Assembly (NCBI RefSeq): GCF_963921235.1
Contig: NC_086097.1
Coordinates: 245,460,001-245,524,000, forward strand
Direction: 5' to 3'
Length of the DNA: 64,000 nt
Source: Mobula hypostoma
Taxonomy: Eukaryota
Below the pieces are notes generated by a model, which was given only the letters and a program-made list of their open reading frames with translations, was not told the origin of the DNA and ran no database searches. Of this stretch, positions 62,749 through 64,000 are shown one piece after another. How positions within the stretch are numbered: the stretch's first letter is position 1; the number at the start of each line of letters is the position of its first letter. Position numbers and translations under genes: made by a program.

Positions 62749-64000
62749 TCCACACTATTATAGTCCAGTGTGAGCTCCCGGCAGTCCCTATCTTTCAATA
62801 ACACTGTATTTTCGGCATCAGGACATACCATCTTTAATTACCCATAAAGTTAACTTAAGACTACCCATGAATTAGAACATGAGGCACCCCACAATGTGGT
62901 CACAATCATACTGCAAAATAAACAGAAGTATCGACCTTAAATACAGTATACAGATTCAGCATGTCCCCTACTTCTGCTCCTATGTCCTATGGTCCTATAG
63001 AAGGATATGGATCAGCCATGATGAAATGGTGGGGCAGAATCAATGGGCCAAATGGCCTAATTCTGCTCTTACATCTTATGGTGTTATGGTCTTACAAACA
63101 ACATAGACACATTTACACATCCGCATTACTAAAGAAATTGAATATTCCACTGTGTATGGCAGGAAAGGCACCATAAAGCCAAGCCCAGTGCATTAGCTTG
63201 GTTTAGGACCCATTATGAGAATATACCGGGGAAGACATTGAAGTGTGAATACTCAGTGCAACGACAGCAGAATGACAAGGCAATACTTGTGTGTAAGGAA
63301 TGCATTTACCATATGCTCGGCGGTTAATGTCAATTCTGCCACCTCTCATCCCCTCTTCCCTTCTCCTCTAGTCTCCCAGTGCAGGCTTTGAGTTGTTTGG
63401 CTGAAGGAGACTGTAGGAGGCTGGAGAAATGTAGAAGTATTTTGTTTATTTTCTCTTTCTCACTGCGATGTAGCAGTGGAACGAAATCTTTCCACAGTTT
63501 TCTCCACATCACTGCCATATCAACACCAAAAATATAAACAATTTTCAATTCTCTTTGAAAAAAATAATCTGGGATGATTATCACCTGACCCTCACTTGCT
63601 GCAGCTGGCTTTTGTTCATACGGGTAAAGTCAGGTGATTGTCTTACAGAAATCTCTTTCTGAAAGTTTCACAACAAAAATGATTGAGGCTTGGTTATTTG
63701 TGACTTGGTTATTTCACTTCTGTCTGTTTTGGATGAAACTGGGGGGAAAATGATAAATAGAAAAGGCAATTAAAGGGATTGAATGTAATATAATATTCTA
63801 CAGAAAATAGCGTAACAGAAAGATAATGTCTGAACAAGTTGTGGTATAAAACAATGCATAGACTAGAATGTAAACAAACCATATAGTTTACATGCAGAAT
63901 CCAAAAGAGTTCAATGTCACTATTCAGGTTAAAATTCTGGCTTCTTGTGCCAACATCATCCCCACAATTTACAAACCCTCAGTGTACATCTTTGGAATGT

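Larger units (their letters stand above)
11081..64000 (+). other. GLI3: GLI3 intron following the first coding exon (>52.9 kb, continues past the window)
   Basis: Starts at the GTAAGT donor; no sequence encoding the expected continuation (EDESPGQ...RERRNAITMQP) found by eye or in the ORF track. Confidence 0.75.

Overview
Vertebrate, almost certainly cartilaginous-fish DNA (shark/ray type, judged from HE1/V-SINE, CR1/HER1, Rex/Babar and Penelope repeat families; the species cannot be fixed from sequence). The window lies inside the GLI3 gene on the + strand. The first coding exon (10918-11080, [41 protein letters not shown], phase-1 GTAAGT donor) is the only host exon I can identify; the rest is intron, and the next exon (expected EDESPGQ...) is not seen. 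Introns are dominated by truncated CR1 and Rex/Babar LINEs, tRNA-derived SINEs, Tc1 and hAT MITEs, RTE-derived elements and one solo LTR, between TE-free islands that are candidate GLI3 enhancers. The most striking signal is a dispersed family of Penelope-derived mini-elements carrying a minimal type-I hammerhead ribozyme motif (AGTC-CTGAYGA-A-GGGTCTYGGCCY-GAAAC-GTC^-GACT). They occur as a 298-bp tandem dimer, as perfect fold-back palindromes with 10-16 bp target-site duplications, and as a self-nested insertion. Also notable are an out-of-frame overlapping uORF 13 nt upstream of the GLI3 start, module-shuffled SINEs, and a 32-bp minisatellite born inside a LINE. Nearly all ORFs in the supplied track are TE fragments or chance ORFs. 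TE boundaries are approximate unless a TSD is quoted.
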